64,000 nucleotides of DNA, from NCBI GenBank assembly GCA_964016885.1, contig OZ024741.1, positions 19,282,001 to 19,346,000 of the forward strand. The letters are read 5' to 3'. This document shows, in pieces, positions 37,746 to 52,303 of this stretch; within the stretch, counting starts at the first letter, position 1, and the number at the start of each line of letters is the position of its first letter. Position numbers and translations under genes: made by a program. The notes under the pieces were generated by a model. It saw only the letters and a list, made by a program, of their open reading frames with translations, was not told the DNA's origin and made no database searches. The stretch is from Eledone cirrhosa. Its lineage: Eukaryota.

Positions 37746-38276
37746 ATACTCTCTACCGATACTGCCAAAATAATAATAATAATAACAAAGCCTTTCAAAT
37801 AATTTAAAAGTTAAATTAATTAACGTTTGTAATTGAATAATTAATTAATTATAATTAGTAAAATAAAACAATACAAAACAATAAATATAGTTTAAAAAAA
37901 AAACTGTTTTGTTTGTTTTTATGTAAGTTTAGGAAAAATATCAATGTGATGGCTTTTGTTAAGTTGTGAAGGAAGGTGACATGGTGATTGTAGGCCCTTG
38001 ATATGGGAGAGATTGGGGGACTTTTCTTAATTAGAAGATGATGATAGAATAAATACTGCTAAAGAACATCAATGATTGCAAGAACAACAGCAACAGCAAC
38101 AACAACAATGAGAGTGGTAATAGCAACAACTACAACAGCAACAACGACAAAATCAAATTAAATGTAAATAATAGAAAAAGATTTAGTTCTTCGTTCTTTT
38201 TGGTGGTGAAGATTGCCCCTCCCCCTCCCTTTCTATTGCAATAAAATAAATACGAAATTTTATAATGTCTGTTGTT

Positions 38277-39797
38277 GAAATATAGTTCAGGAGGGTAGTT
38301 GTCCCAGTGAAATATAGTTGGGGAGGGTAGTTGTCCCAGTGAAATATAGTTGGGGAGGGTAGTTGTCCCAGTGAAATATAGTTGGGGAGGGTAGTTGTCC
38401 CAGTGAAATATAGTTGGGGAGGGTAGTTGTCCCAGTGAAATATAGTTGGGGAGGGTAGTTGTCCCAGTGAAATATAGTTCGGGAGGGTAGTTGTCCCAGT
38501 GAAATATAGTTGGGGAGGGTAGTTGTCCCAGTGAAATATAGTTCAGGAGGGTAGTTGTCCCAGTGAAATATAGTTCGGGAGGGTAGTTGTCCCAGTGAAA
38601 TATAGTTGGGGAGGGTAGTTGTCCCAGTGAAATATAGTTCAGGAGGGTAGTTGTCCCAGTGAAATATAGTTCGGGAGGGTAGTTGTCCCAGTGAAATATA
38701 GTTGGGGAGGGTAGTTGTCCCAGTGAAATATAGTTGGGGAGGGTAGTTGTCCCAGTGAAATATAGTTGGGGAGGGTAGTTGTCCCAGTGAAATATAGTTC
38801 GGGAGGGTAGTTGTCCCAGTGAAATATAGTTGGGGAGGGTAGTTGTCCCAGTGAAATATAGTTCAGGAGGGTAGTTGTCCCAGTGAAATATAGTTCGGGA
38901 GGGTAGTTGTCCCAGTGAAATATAGTTCAGGAGGGTAGTTGTCCCAGTGAAATATAGTTCGGGAGGGTAGTTGTCCCAGTGAAATATAGTTCAGGAGGGT
39001 AGTTGTCCCAGTGAAATATAGTTCAGGAGGGTAGTTGTCCCAGTGAAATATAGTTCGGGAGGGTAGTTGTCCCAGTGAAATATAGTTGGGGAGGGTAGTT
39101 GTCCCAGTGAAATATAGTTCAGGAGGGTAGTTGTCCCAGTGAAATATAGTTCGGGAGGGTAGTTGTCCCAGTGAAATATAGTTGGGGAGGGTAGTTGTCC
39201 CAGTGAAATATAGTTCAGGAGGGTAGTTGTCCCAGTGAAATATAGTTGGGGAGGGTAGTTGTCCCAGTGAAATATAGTTCGGGAGGGTAGTTGTCCCAGT
39301 GAAATATAGTTCAGGAGGGTAGTTGTCCCAGTGAAATATAGTTCAGGAGGGTAGTTGTCCCAGTGAAATATAGTTGGGGAGGGTAGTTGTCCCAGTGAAA
39401 TATAGTTGGGGAGGGTAGTTGTCCCAGTGAAATATAGTTGGGGAGGGTAGTTGTCCCAGTGAAATATAGTTGGGGAGGGTAGTTGTCCCAGTGAAATATA
39501 GTTGGGGAGGGTAGTTGTCCCAGTGAAATATAGTTGGGGAGGGTAGTTGTCCCAGTGAAATATAGTTCGGGAGGGTAGTTGTCCCAGTGAAATATAGTTG
39601 GGGAGGGTAGTTGTCCCAGTGAAATATAGTTGGGGAGGGTAGTTGTCCCAGTGAAATATAGTTCGGGAGGGTAGTTGTCCCAGTGAAATATAGTTGGGGA
39701 GGGTAGTTGTCCCAGTGAAATATAGTTGGGGAGGGTAGTTGTCCCAGTGAAATATAGTTGGGGAGGGTAGTTGTCCCAGTGAAATATAGTTGGGGAG
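38277..39797. repeat. 32-bp minisatellite, ~47 copies, three variants
   Basis: gaaatatagtt[ggg/cgg/cag]gagggtagttgtcccagt. Confidence 0.97.
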
Positions 39798-40814
39798 AGT
39801 TCGTTTAAAATTGTGTGCAATCCGCTGGAAAAGCTCTGACATCATTGGAGTTGCTGAATCCTGGAACCAAAACGTCCACAAAAAAAATGTCTTCGAACCA
39901 TCTTTAAGAAGGTACCACATAGACCAATGGAAGTTCTTTGATCTATTGAATTTACAAGTCTTATCTTTCAACAAACTCTGCACTGTATTTAAAATAGGTA
40001 CCACATTAGTCAGTCGGGGGAAATTATATATAGTAATTTTACTATTTCAATGTAATACCCAGTTCCGCTAATACAGCCATGTTATATTTAAAATTAGGAC
40101 CACATAAGGCAGTAGGATATTTTAATTTTTATCTCAGGGTCTCGTCCAAATATTGGAATTGTGACACAATTTCCAAGGGTGAGAAAAGTTGCCATAAAAA
40201 GAAGAAATATGTTATATATAAGCAACGTTAATATTTTCATGCAGCGTCTAAATTTCTCCTAACAAGCCCACCACTATGTTAAAAATTAGTAGCACATAAC
40301 CAACGGTAGAGTTGATACACTTTCTGCTAGGTGGTTGAATTTAACAGTGAAATCTCTCTCAAACATAATATACGTCTATAAAATGGAAACCACTGTTTTA
40401 AGTCCATAAATTTTAAGATATGACAACCGACAATAAAAACATGATCAATTCAACCGAAATATTAGTAGAATAATTAATTTTCCAATTTACCAAGTGTTAG
40501 ATTTGTTATAGGAATGTAATGAAGCAGAACTAATCAGGGATATCAGCCAACAGATGGACCGCCTCACCCGAAGTGATAAATGTTGACTTGAAAATAGATT
40601 TTCTCTAGAAAGATTGCTGGATACGCCACTTTCATATAGACATTATAAATGATAGATAAATGATGTATATTTATTTAGTTCACATTTTGAATTTTGTCAA
40701 AGGATTCCGTCCAAATTTAGGAATTATGACAGAATTTTCAGAATTCGAGAGCAATTGCCACGCTGGTGTACAAAAAAATCATTGTCATTCATTTTTGACC
40801 AGTCGTGAAGAATT

Positions 40815-41692
40815 ATTACAAAACCTACACTATTTCTCATAGAACCAATACTATTTCTCATAGAACTAACACTGTTTCTCATAGAACCAACACCATTTCT
40901 CATAGAACCAACACTATTTCTCATAGAACCAACACTATTTCTCACAAAACCTACACTATTTCTCATAGAACTAACACTATTTCTCATAGAACTAACGCTG
41001 TTTCTCATAGAACCAACACTATTTCTCATAGAACTAACACTATTTCTCACAAAACCAACACTATTTCTCATAGAACCAACACTATCTCTCACAAAACCAA
41101 CACTATTTCTCATAGAACCAACACTATTTCTCATAGAACCAACACTATTTCTCACAAAACCAACACTATTTCCCACAAAACCAACACTATTTCTCATAGA
41201 ACCAACACTATCTCTCACAAAACCAACACTATTTCTCATAGAACCAACACTATTTCTCATAGAACCAACACTATTTCTCACAAAACCAACACTATTTCCC
41301 ACAAAACCAACACTATTTCTCATAGAACCAACACTATTTCTCACAAAACCAACACTATTTCTCATAGAACCAACACTATTTCTCATAGATCGAACACTAT
41401 TTCTCACAAAACCAACACTATTTCTCATAGAACCAACACTATTTCTCATAGATCCAACACTATTTCTCACAAAACTAACACTATTTCTCACAAAACGAAC
41501 AATATTTCTCACAAATTCAACAATATTTCTTACAAACCTTACACTATTTCTCACAAAACCAACAATATTTCTCACAAAATCAATAATATTTCTTAGAAAA
41601 CCTATACTATTTTTCATAGAACCAACAATATTTCTTACAAACCCTACACTATTTCTCACAGAACCAACATTATTTCTTATAGAACCAACACT
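40815..41692. repeat. 21-bp minisatellite, ~42 copies
   Basis: aaccaacactatttctca[tag/caa]. Confidence 0.95.
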
Positions 41693-43291
41693 GTTTGGAG
41701 GTAGAGTATATGTTAAATATGGTAGACTGTTAGACAATTCAGAACAGTACGGAACATATTTTTAAAGAGCAATAGCTAAAAGTGAAAATTGCAATCAAAT
41801 CATAAAACAAAAGTGAAATTCTCGCTAAAGAATCTACATTGTCTGACGTGCTGATGGTAGAGCCTCTAAACCGTCACTTTAGGTGCTAGAAATAACAGCA
41901 GCAACATCTTCAAATCAGATTCCAATATCTTAAATGAGAAAGGAGACAATAGATAAAGTGCACACAAAAGACAGGATTATCACGCCTGGAACATCATTGA
42001 TCAGATAGATTTACTTAATCCCAATTGAGCTGGAACTAAACAACAGTGACAACAATGCCTAACCAAAGAACTTTATTATAACTATAAACCAGTTTACAAT
42101 ATGCTCTAATGTAACAAACATTTTATATTTTACAAGTGAAGAGAAGTTACCGAAATATTCTGGTAGATGAGAATCCCCAGAAAACATTTTAATCCTTGGT
42201 GTTGCTAGTTGTAGGAACCAAATCTTCCTAAAAAAACCACCCAAATGTTTTTAACCCTTTCGTTACCATATTTCTAACAAAAGACATTTGCTATGATTTT
42301 CAAATAATTTTGAAAATAGTCCCGAATTTGGAGGGATTTAGAAACTGACTAACTTAATCATTATTAAATCGATGTTAGGGACATAACTTTACAAATGTAC
42401 ATAAAATTACGATGTAGGTTTTTTTTAGATAAATATACACACATTAAAATGAACAGTTTAGTATAAAAAAATTAGGGGTGTTTTCAAGTGGTTTAGTATT
42501 AAAAGGGATAAAAAGGGAAGAAATGAACCTTCAAGAGCGGAAAAGGTTCTATGCAGTAATTTGGCTTATTGAATTTAATTGCCCTAATATCTTTTAACAA
42601 ACCCTGTATTTAAAATAAGGTACACATTTACCTACTTTTATATAATTACATAATATGTGCACTTACTCGGTTCGTACATTTACACAATTTTACATAACTT
42701 AAGGAATTGTATAATTACATAATTACACATAATTTGCTGGTTTTACTTAATTGGATAATTTACAAAATTACCCAATGTTAAATAATTAAATCTATCAAGT
42801 TTAAACAATTGAACAATTACCTAATTTAGACATTCGCAAAATTGTATATGAATTACATAATCCCCTATAAGGACATAATTTTACATAATTTATATATTTT
42901 ATATTAGTCTATAAAAGTAAAAGAAATATGTTAGAAAACCTTATTACGATATTTAGCCTCGTTCTGGACTTATATCATTGCAATTAGCTACGGCGTTAAC
43001 TTACTGAAATATTGTATTTATTTGTTTAATTATTTAGCAGTCAGCTTTTCAATATTCATAGCCAAAGGGCTCTCAAAATGTTTATTCGTAAACATACCAT
43101 ACATCAATACATATATGAAATTCACATATATGTATACAGCTATGTTAGAGCGAAACTTTAATTCTATTTAGAGGTTGAGCTGACCTGAGAGCTCCATATG
43201 CAAATGAAGCTAATCAGCTCATGTACATAGGCGAAAAAACTATATATTATCACCTGTTTCAAATTACAGTAGAGAGCAGGGTGGGGGAAGC

Positions 43292-43333
43292 ACTGTCCCG
43301 ATGACGGCTGTAAGCCAGAAACACGTTGACAGT
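43292..43333 (+). ncRNA. Variant hammerhead motif (CCGAUGA core)
   Basis: ACTGTC-CCGATGA-c GGCT gta AGCC a-GAAA-C ac G-TT^GACAGT; stem I extends imperfectly over 43267-43356. Confidence 0.6.
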
Positions 43334-43360
43334 TATACCCCCCACTGTCTCTGCTGGAAT

Positions 43361-43375
43361 CCGCTAGATGGTGCT
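43361..43375 (+). promoter_or_regulatory. CTCF-like motif CCGCTAGATGGTGCT
   Basis: Close to the CTCF core consensus CC[AG][CG][CT]AG[AG][GT]GGCGC; motif match only. Confidence 0.35.
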
Positions 43376-43543
43376 AGCCGTCACCTTTTCAATATTCACA
43401 GCTAAATGGCTTTCAAAATGCTTATTCGTAAACATACCATACATCATTAGATATACAACATTCACATATTTATACAGCTATGTCGTGGAATTTGAGAATA
43501 ATACTTCGTTCGTACGTCACTTTCTCTCTATTTCTATATATAC

Positions 43544-43630
43544 TTTTCATCCTTACGGGGTCGATAAAATAAAGTACCAGTAATGTACTGGGTAATTGCT
43601 GGCCTTGTGCCAAAAGTAGAAACAATTATT
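43544..43630 (+). mobile_element. Nin/Deu-domain-like SINE, 3' half
   Basis: tttcatccttacggggtcgataaaataaagtaccagtaatgtactgggtaattgctggccttgtgcc. Confidence 0.8.
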
Positions 43631-44348
43631 TTTTAACATTCTACATTTATTAGAACGATGTAATCTGTTAAACTTTGAAACTGAACTTCAATAAGGTAAC
43701 TTGTGCATAATCCTACGTGTCTATTTACAGGCTCCACCACCAGCACAAGACAATGGAGATTCTTTAGCTAGGATTATCTCTTATTTTATTATTCAACGAC
43801 AATTTCTACTTTTTGCTATTGTTCTTTTAGAAGTCATATTCCGTACTGTGATGAATTGTCTAACACAGTCTACCATATTACATTAAATAGTATAGTGTCG
43901 TTGGTTAAAGGTTTCTACCGAGTCAATCAACTATTCACTACATTCTTGATGACACCTGTAACAATGAAGCGTCTGCAACTCAGTGCAAAGGATTTCATTG
44001 TAAAAGCATCAGAAAGTCGCCCATTTTTATATCTTTCGCCAACAAACTTCGACGAAAGCAGTAAGCATATTTACTCACCTATAATAATTTTAATTGAAGA
44101 GGTGTTGTATGACGAAAGTGAGGGAACTCAATATTATTTCTTCCTCTTATCCATGCTTCGCAATTATTTAGCGATTCTCTCAGAGCCCTTCACGAATGGA
44201 AGGGAGTTATTTCCATCGCACATGAATTAGCTGAGGGATAGTTAAGTTATATCTGATGATATTTAACCTTTATTCCAGCAATAGACTATTACATGTTCCC
44301 CGTGCAAGTTTACCCAACACTTAAAGTAACATGTCTGGACCCGATAAT

Positions 44349-44385
44349 ATAGCGTAAATATAATATGATGATACAATATAATAGA

Positions 44386-44433
<48 letters not shown>

Positions 44434-44470
44434 TCTATTATATTGTATCATCATATTATATTTACGCTAT
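44349..44470. repeat. Perfect 122-bp palindrome centred on (TA)23
   Basis: 38-bp unique arms are exact reverse complements; the ORF track gives the same peptide start on both strands. Confidence 0.95.
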
Positions 44471-44974
44471 CTCGACTGCGATTGTCTGTTTCTCTCTTTC
44501 TGCTCCCTCGTTCTCTCTGTTTCTCTCACCTTCTTTCGCCCCCTCTGTCAGTTACACTTTCTCTCGACTGACCTCTTCCTCGCACTTCCACTCACTCACT
44601 CTCTGTTTCTCCCCTTCTCACTTCCTCCCGTTCGTTAGTAGTGGGATTCTTTCTTACATCTCATTCACGTCGGACGGTCTGTTTTCTGCCTGCTCATGAA
44701 ATTCACCCAGATTATGCTGACCGGATAACCATCATGTTGCTTGCTTTTTTCCTACCTTCGGTTTGCTTTTCCTTCTATGTTGTTTACTTGTCTCACTCGC
44801 TTTACAGGATTCACTTGTCCCAATAGCTTATTTTAGTTATTGCTCGCACCAACCTGAGGTATATGATTTTTAATGCGATGAAATACCAATGGTGGTTGGC
44901 AAATCACTGATGAGGGACTAATTTTATAATATGTAACCCATGTGCAACCACGCAGTATTCCTCTTTCTTCCCAT

Positions 44975-45028
<54 letters not shown>

Positions 45029-45381
45029 CTTCACAAAACTTATGTTTACCGAATTCGTAGACCAGACCCCTTCTTCTTCTTTTTCTCCCCCCCCCCCGTT
45101 AGACCTGTGCGAAATTCCTTCCTTGCTCACATTTCAACCAGGTTTGATGGTCTTTTGTCTCTTGTTCACGATTTCACCGAGTTTATATTCATCTGCTGCA
45201 ATTATTTGATCCTAGATCCTAGTTTCTCTCATTTCACTACTACAATGTTACTTTACCTTCTTTTTGCCATATTACAATTAGCACGCTTTTCTCTTTGCAT
45301 GTATGTATATTTTTGTACGAGTGTATATTAATGTGTATGTATGTGTCTATGTACACATATATGTGTATATATATTTATATT

Positions 45382-45507
<126 letters not shown>

Positions 45508-45866
45508 CGTAGATATATGCGTATATTAATTCGTTAACCTCTGTATTAACTCTACAACTATTGAGCTTTGACAGTGGTCCCACTCATGTATACTGTTGAA
45601 GATGAAGAGAAAGACTGTAAAAACTAGCTTATCTTTATAATTTAAAATTGATACACACTACGATACTTTTTGCCTTATGACAGCTGATTTTCACGCCGTA
45701 ACATTAGATACATTATATACCCCCCACCTAAGTAATGTCAGGGTCTCCTTAAATAGTTTATTGATAGCATTGTTGTAATAATTGTTGTTGTTATTGTTCT
45801 AATTGAATGCCATAACTACTCCATATTTTCTTTTATTTTCTTGCCTGTGTATTTTCTTCATTCTCG

Positions 45867-45979
45867 CATGCTCCGAAGATCTGACTGGTTATAATTCTGT
45901 ATTGGCGATCGAGTGACGCAAAATTAGGCGGATAGCGATCTCTAGACATACCAGCTCAGTGAAACAAATGTAAGCTATG
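45867..45979 (+). ncRNA. Variant hammerhead motif (CCGAAGA core, long stem II)
   Basis: CATGCT-CCGAAGA-t CTGA CTGGT...ACCAG c TCAG t-GAAA-C aaat G-TA^AGCtATG. Confidence 0.6.
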
Positions 45980-46773
45980 TGATTAAAAACTTTTTTGTAT
46001 AGCAAACCATGTAAACCTTCTTTCCTGATTTATTATTACTCCAAGTGTTTACAACATAGGAATTACAGCATACCCGCAGCATCACTATGAAAACGCCTTG
46101 TTGAGTCAAACCAAGCCAAGCGTTAATATCATCCACTACCTGGAATACCATAACTGGACTTCACCTAAGTGGACTGCATTTAACTATTATTTGTTAATCC
46201 GTATATATATATATACATATATATTACTCTATTCCGACGTTCTTCTGCACAGTATACGGCTAAGAATATTTCACCCAAGATGTTTTCGTCAACACGAGAA
46301 TAACAATTCTAATAAACGTACCGAGTAATGGGATCTAACTCGGAACCAAATGTTTAAGAAGCCACCCATCCATATTTTACGACCATGTAATGATATTTAT
46401 CTTTCTTATGAACATATATGACATCAATCAACCAACTTAAAGATAGCTTGTCAGACATCTGCTTAAGTCCTCCGTTCAACTAAAATTTACGACCGGAACT
46501 CACTCCATCTAAAAGTTATCTCTAATGATGATAAAATATTCCATGTATGTTATTCTATTTCACTGTATTCTATACCATTCCTGTCATTCTCTTATTCTGT
46601 CCACACTAGACTATCTCAATACTTTATTATTTCATGTCATTCTCACTTACATTTAAAGACTTTTATCTCTTTATACCGCCACCTCCACCACCACCACTTA
46701 GTAGCATTCTTCATTCTCTGCAATTTCATTTCCTATGATTTATACGTCCACACACACTCATGTATCCATCAAC

Positions 46774-46817
<44 letters not shown>

Positions 46818-46818
46818 T

Positions 46819-46864
<46 letters not shown>

Positions 46865-47104
46865 CATCCAACAATCAATCCATCTGTCCTTCCACCCATC
46901 CATCCACCCATCCATCCATCCACCCATCCACCCAACCACCCAACCACCCAACCATCCATCCACCCACCCATCCACCCAACCACCCATACTGACACACGTA
47001 TGTACCGCCCTCTGTTTTCTATACGACTTAGAAATATTGTTTTACGCTCGTTATTCCATGCTCCGCGTGGGTTAGACGAAGCTGGCGATTTATCCTGGTT
47101 TCAC

Positions 47105-47957
47105 GAGGCTTTAACACTGGTAGCTACTAACTCCTCAATAAACCTCACCCCTATCAAATAACTCGTGGCTTTAACACTGGTAGCTACTAACTCCTCAATA
47201 AACCTCACCCCTATCAAATAACACGTGGCTTTAACACTGGTAGCTACTAACTCCTCAATAAACCTCACCCCCTATCAAATAACACGTGGCTTTAACACTG
47301 GTAGCTACTAACTCCTCAATAAACCTCACCCCTATCAAATAACTCGTGGCTTTAACACTGGTAGCTACTAACTCCTCAATAAACCTCACCCCTATCAAAT
47401 AACTCGTGGCTTTAACACTGGTAGCTACTAACTCCTCAATAAACCTCACCCCTATCAAATAACTCGTGGCTTTAACACTGGTAGCTACTAACTCCTCAAT
47501 AAACCTCACCCCCTATCAAATAACACGTGGCTTTAACACTGGTAGCTACTAACTCCTCAATAAACCTCACCCCTATCAAATAACTCGTGGCTTTAACACT
47601 GGTAGCTACTAACTCCTCAATAAACCACCTCACCCCCTATCAAATAACTCGTGGCTTTAACACTGGTAGCTACTAACTCCTCAATAAACCTCACCCCTAT
47701 CAAATAACACGTGGCTTTAACACTGGTAGCTACTAACTCCTCAATAAACCTCACCCCTATCAAATAACACGTGGCTTTAACACTGGTAGCTACTAACTCC
47801 TCAATAAACCTCACCCCTATCAAATAACACGTGGCTTTAACACTGGTAGCTACTAACTCCTCAATAAACCTCACCCCTATCAAATAACACGTGGCTTTAA
47901 CACTGGTAGCTACTAACTCCTCAATAAACCACCTCACCCCCCATCAAATAACTCGTC
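47105..47957. repeat. 60-bp minisatellite, ~14 copies
   Basis: gtggctttaacactggtagctactaactcctcaataaacctcacccctatcaaataac[a/t]c. Confidence 0.97.
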
Positions 47958-49146
47958 AACACACTTTGCATTTAATCAAATAAGACGATATTTTTTCGTA
48001 ATTTCTAACAGAGGCATAAAGCCCAGAATTATGCAGAAGGTTATAAACGTGTAAATTTAATTGATCCAAATACTTAATAGGTACTTCATATTATTGAACC
48101 CATTATTTGGCTGGTCCTTTATTTTATCAACCCAGTGCGTAACTGGTATATATTCTATAGACATCGGAAAATTAAAGACAAATTGAAGTTCACCAGTATT
48201 TTACGCTCTAGGGAAGCGTAACTGAGTTGTTTTGTTTCGCCTTCTGTTTGGTATTTTATTGACCACGTTAGGATGAAAGGCAAATCCAACCTCGGCGGGA
48301 TTTGAACTCAGAATGTAAAGGGCCGTAACTCTATGACACATACCTTATATTAAAATTTTTATAAAATTATTTTAATATATTTTAATTTTCACATTTATAT
48401 CATAAATAAGTAATAATTCCTATTGATGTTATTATTAGTATTAATAATGTTAAGTATTAATACTACCATTAATATAATTATCAATACTGCTGGTATGTGT
48501 AGTGTGTATATTGATATTATACGCAAGTATATATACATGTAGATATGATACATCAAATAACATCGTAATTGACAATATCCACAGAAATTGAACGAAGACT
48601 GCGTTACACTGTCTTATGTAATCAGTAAAGTAATCCATGACACATTAAAAAAGACGATATTATATATAAACTGCATTAGGAGAAAATTAGTGACAGAAAT
48701 ATATGAATGTTTATTTAAGCGATCGCTAACCGGAAGTGTTGACATTTGAACATTTTAAAGAAGTGAATCTTTAAATAAGTAATAAAATATATTTAATGAA
48801 CAGCCAAGAAATTTAGTAGATAAATTATGTAATATTTATTCATTATTTATTCAAAGTAATCCAACTTATTTTACTAAGGGGATAACAAATTATAAACCGT
48901 ACGCAGTCCCGCACTTCTTACTTTATTATAGTTAAGATAACTAATTGTGATGATTAATTTACTTTGGTAATGGAGTTATTGGTGTGGTGATTATTATTGT
49001 AATTATTATTAGTTAACGTTTAGTTATTAACGTTATTAAATCAACAGCATAGTACTTAACTAATTAATTGTAGGTTATCAAGGGATGTAACTTAACAACG
49101 AGGAATGTTAGTTAACAACAACCAACCCCTCTATCTCACTCTTTGT

Positions 49147-49190
<44 letters not shown>

Positions 49191-49236
49191 ATGTATGTAT
49201 GTATATATATGTATATATATATATACATATGTATAC

Positions 49237-49281
<45 letters not shown>

Positions 49282-49736
49282 CACACACACACATATATAT
49301 ATATATGTGTATGTGTGTGTGAGTGTGCGTGTATGTGTATGTGTGTGTGTATGTGTGTCTGTATTTATATATCCTTTTGTTCCTTAGCATACAAACCATA
49401 ACCTTAATGTAACAAATAAATTATCATATACATGGCTGAGATTTTAATACGTACTTTACCACACACCTCAAACAAATGTCTTTTCTGAGAAAAAGAACGG
49501 TTCAATATTAAATTGGTTAAAATAATCCCAATTGCCATATTTAATCATATATTCATAGATCAACACTCCCGTCTCTAAGGAGCCTTTGGGTCTTAAAGCA
49601 CTCCAATAATTTGTTTCAATACACTTGTTCTTTGGTTTTTACTACACAGATTTTCAATTGACTCTAAATATTTTACTATGATCATTATTTTAAATCATTC
49701 TTAGTCTGGGACTGGTGATGAAAACATGTGAGCTAA

Positions 49737-49998
49737 TAATGATTTCTAGTAAAGGCACAAGGCCAGTAATTTTGGGGAGTGGAAAGTCGATTAAATCGAC
49801 CCCAGTACGTTACTGGTGCTTTATTTTATTTACCCCGTAAGGATGAAAGGCAACGTTTACCTCGGCGGGATTTGAACTCAGACTGTAGAAGACTGTAACT
49901 CTATGCCGCAAATCATGGTGTCCGACTCTCTACCGATACTGCCAATCCACCACCCTAGCATGGTGTCCGACTCTCTACCGATACTGCCAATCCACCCG
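49737..49998 (-). mobile_element. Nin/Deu-domain-like SINE with tandem duplication of its head
   Basis: Core on the minus strand; catggtgtccgactctctaccgatactgccaatccacc occurs twice. Confidence 0.8.
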
Positions 49999-50250
49999 AC
50001 CCATATGAGCTAATAATGATAATATACATGTACAGTATATATACTTAAGACTTCCCAATCTCAAAACCGTAACAAAAGATATGTAGACGATATAAAAGTC
50101 ACTTAAACACACACAAACACACACACTCACAAAACACTCACAAACACACACATACACACACACACATCTATTTATATATAAATGAAATACTTTTGATAGA
50201 TTCAGAAGCTTTATACATGTGTGTAACGACTTGTGTGCACACGCACAACA

Positions 50251-50308
<58 letters not shown>

Positions 50309-50892
50309 CTCATAGTCAAATGTGGCCATCCAGTAGCCTAATCCGAGGGGCATGCATAATCTTTATCATCTAATGCCGAAACGTTATGGGGTTATTTTCT
50401 GTGACTTCCACACCATATTCTGTGTTGTTTCGTATTTATTTCCTCTGTCTCTTCGTCCTATATACATAAGTACATAAACAATGTTTTCTCGAAGATTGAG
50501 TTGGAGCACGAGGGTATTAGAATTCGTAAAACAATGAGAACTCAATGTAAGGAAGTTGTTAAAACACCAAAATGGCGTCAACAACAGCGTTTGGTGACAT
50601 TTACCTCAAACGACAGAAATCGGCGGCTAGAAATGTGTTTGCTCGCAGAAGAGATAGGAAGAAAGGAGAAAAGGAAGAAAATGGACGAGACAAGAGCACA
50701 CAAACAATTTTTACCTCATCAGCTATTAGACCGACTGTGCCTTCACACGATTTAAATTAAGAGTACCACAGTTGGTCTAAGAGGTAATAAGATAAAAAAA
50801 CGTTTGTGTGATCTTGTCTCATCCATTTCTTCCCTTTCTCCTTTCTTCTTATCACTTTTGCCACCAACACATTTCTATCCGCGGATTTCTGT

Positions 50893-50972
<80 letters not shown>

Positions 50973-51438
50973 AAGTACAACAAAAGCTGTGATGAATTAC
51001 GTAAACAAAATTTCAAAAAAGAAACAAAACAAATCATGAAGGTTCACTGCATTAAAAGCTTAGCGTTTTAGAAAAAATAAAGAAAAAATAATAATAATAG
51101 CGTGAGACAAGTTTACAAACTTCAAAATGGCAGAAAAGCTGCAGAAAGACGTCAGGTCGGCCATTTGTAAAACATATGTGTGTGTTTAGTGATTATTATT
51201 ACTGTTAGATGTGTTGTTTTGATTCTTATATTTTTTAACAGATGTTCTATACAGTGCTATGTTTTGTTATGTAGCAACGATATCTCCACTACTCAGTGTG
51301 TGAAAATATGTACGTGCGTACGTACGTACGTACGTACGTACGTACGTACGTATGTATGTATGTATGTATGTATGTATGTATGTATGTATGTATGTATGTA
51401 TGTATGTATATATATGTAATAACACACATGAAGACAAG

Positions 51439-51479
<41 letters not shown>

Positions 51480-51523
51480 GGATATATATATATGACGTAT
51501 ATATACTTGTCTTCGTGTGTGTG

Positions 51524-51580
<57 letters not shown>

Positions 51581-51593
51581 GTATATATATATG

Positions 51594-51664
<71 letters not shown>

Positions 51665-51866
51665 GTAATAATAATAAATTTGAAGACTAAAATCCAAAGA
51701 CAGCTCGATAAGGATAAATATATATCAGATTTGCTTAAACTTTAATCTGTTATTTTAATAAATATATTATATATATATATATATATAATCACACGCAGGA
51801 AGACAAGTATATATACGTCATCATACATGCATATATATATATATATAATCACACACATGAAGGCAA

Positions 51867-51903
<37 letters not shown>

Positions 51904-52019
51904 TTTATCACTAAATCATTTGGAATACACAAGTGGCATCTATTTTTTTAAATTGTTTTTTTAATAGAACAGAATAAATAGGCTATTTCCAATCTCAGAG
52001 TATGTAAGTACGTGAATGA

Positions 52020-52303
52020 GTGGGTGAGTGTGAGCGTGAGTGGTTGAGTGAGTGGTTGAGTGAGTGGTTGAGAGTGTGGTTAAGTGAGTGGTTGAGTGAG
52101 TGGTTGAGTAAGTGGTTGAGTGAGTGGTTGAGTTAGTTGTTCGAGGGAGTGGTTGAGAGTGTGGTTGAGAGTGTGGTTGAGTGAGTGGTTGAGTAAGTGG
52201 TTGAGTGAGTGGTTGAGTGAGTGGTTGAGAGTGTGGTTGAGTGAGTGGTTGAGCGTGTGGTTGAGTGAGTGGTTGAGTGAGTGGTTGAGCGTGTGGTTGA
52301 GTG
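52020..52303. repeat. 12-bp repeat (gagtgagtggtt)n
   Basis: Directly visible. Confidence 0.9.

Noticed and set aside
38991-40004. 337-aa ORF
   Set aside because: Read-through of the 32-bp minisatellite, cycling through three frames.
40724-41737. 337-aa and 263-aa heptad-repeat ORFs on opposite strands
   Set aside because: A 21-bp tandem unit lacking stops in those frames; no splice or domain context.
44078-44230. Candidate upstream exon ending at ag|gtgagt
   Set aside because: Stops in all frames from the plausible acceptor; no Cys-loop motifs.
48450-48638. Hydrophobic ORF as a signal-peptide exon of the channel
   Set aside because: No ligand-binding-domain exons between it and the M1-M3 exon, and no clear donor.
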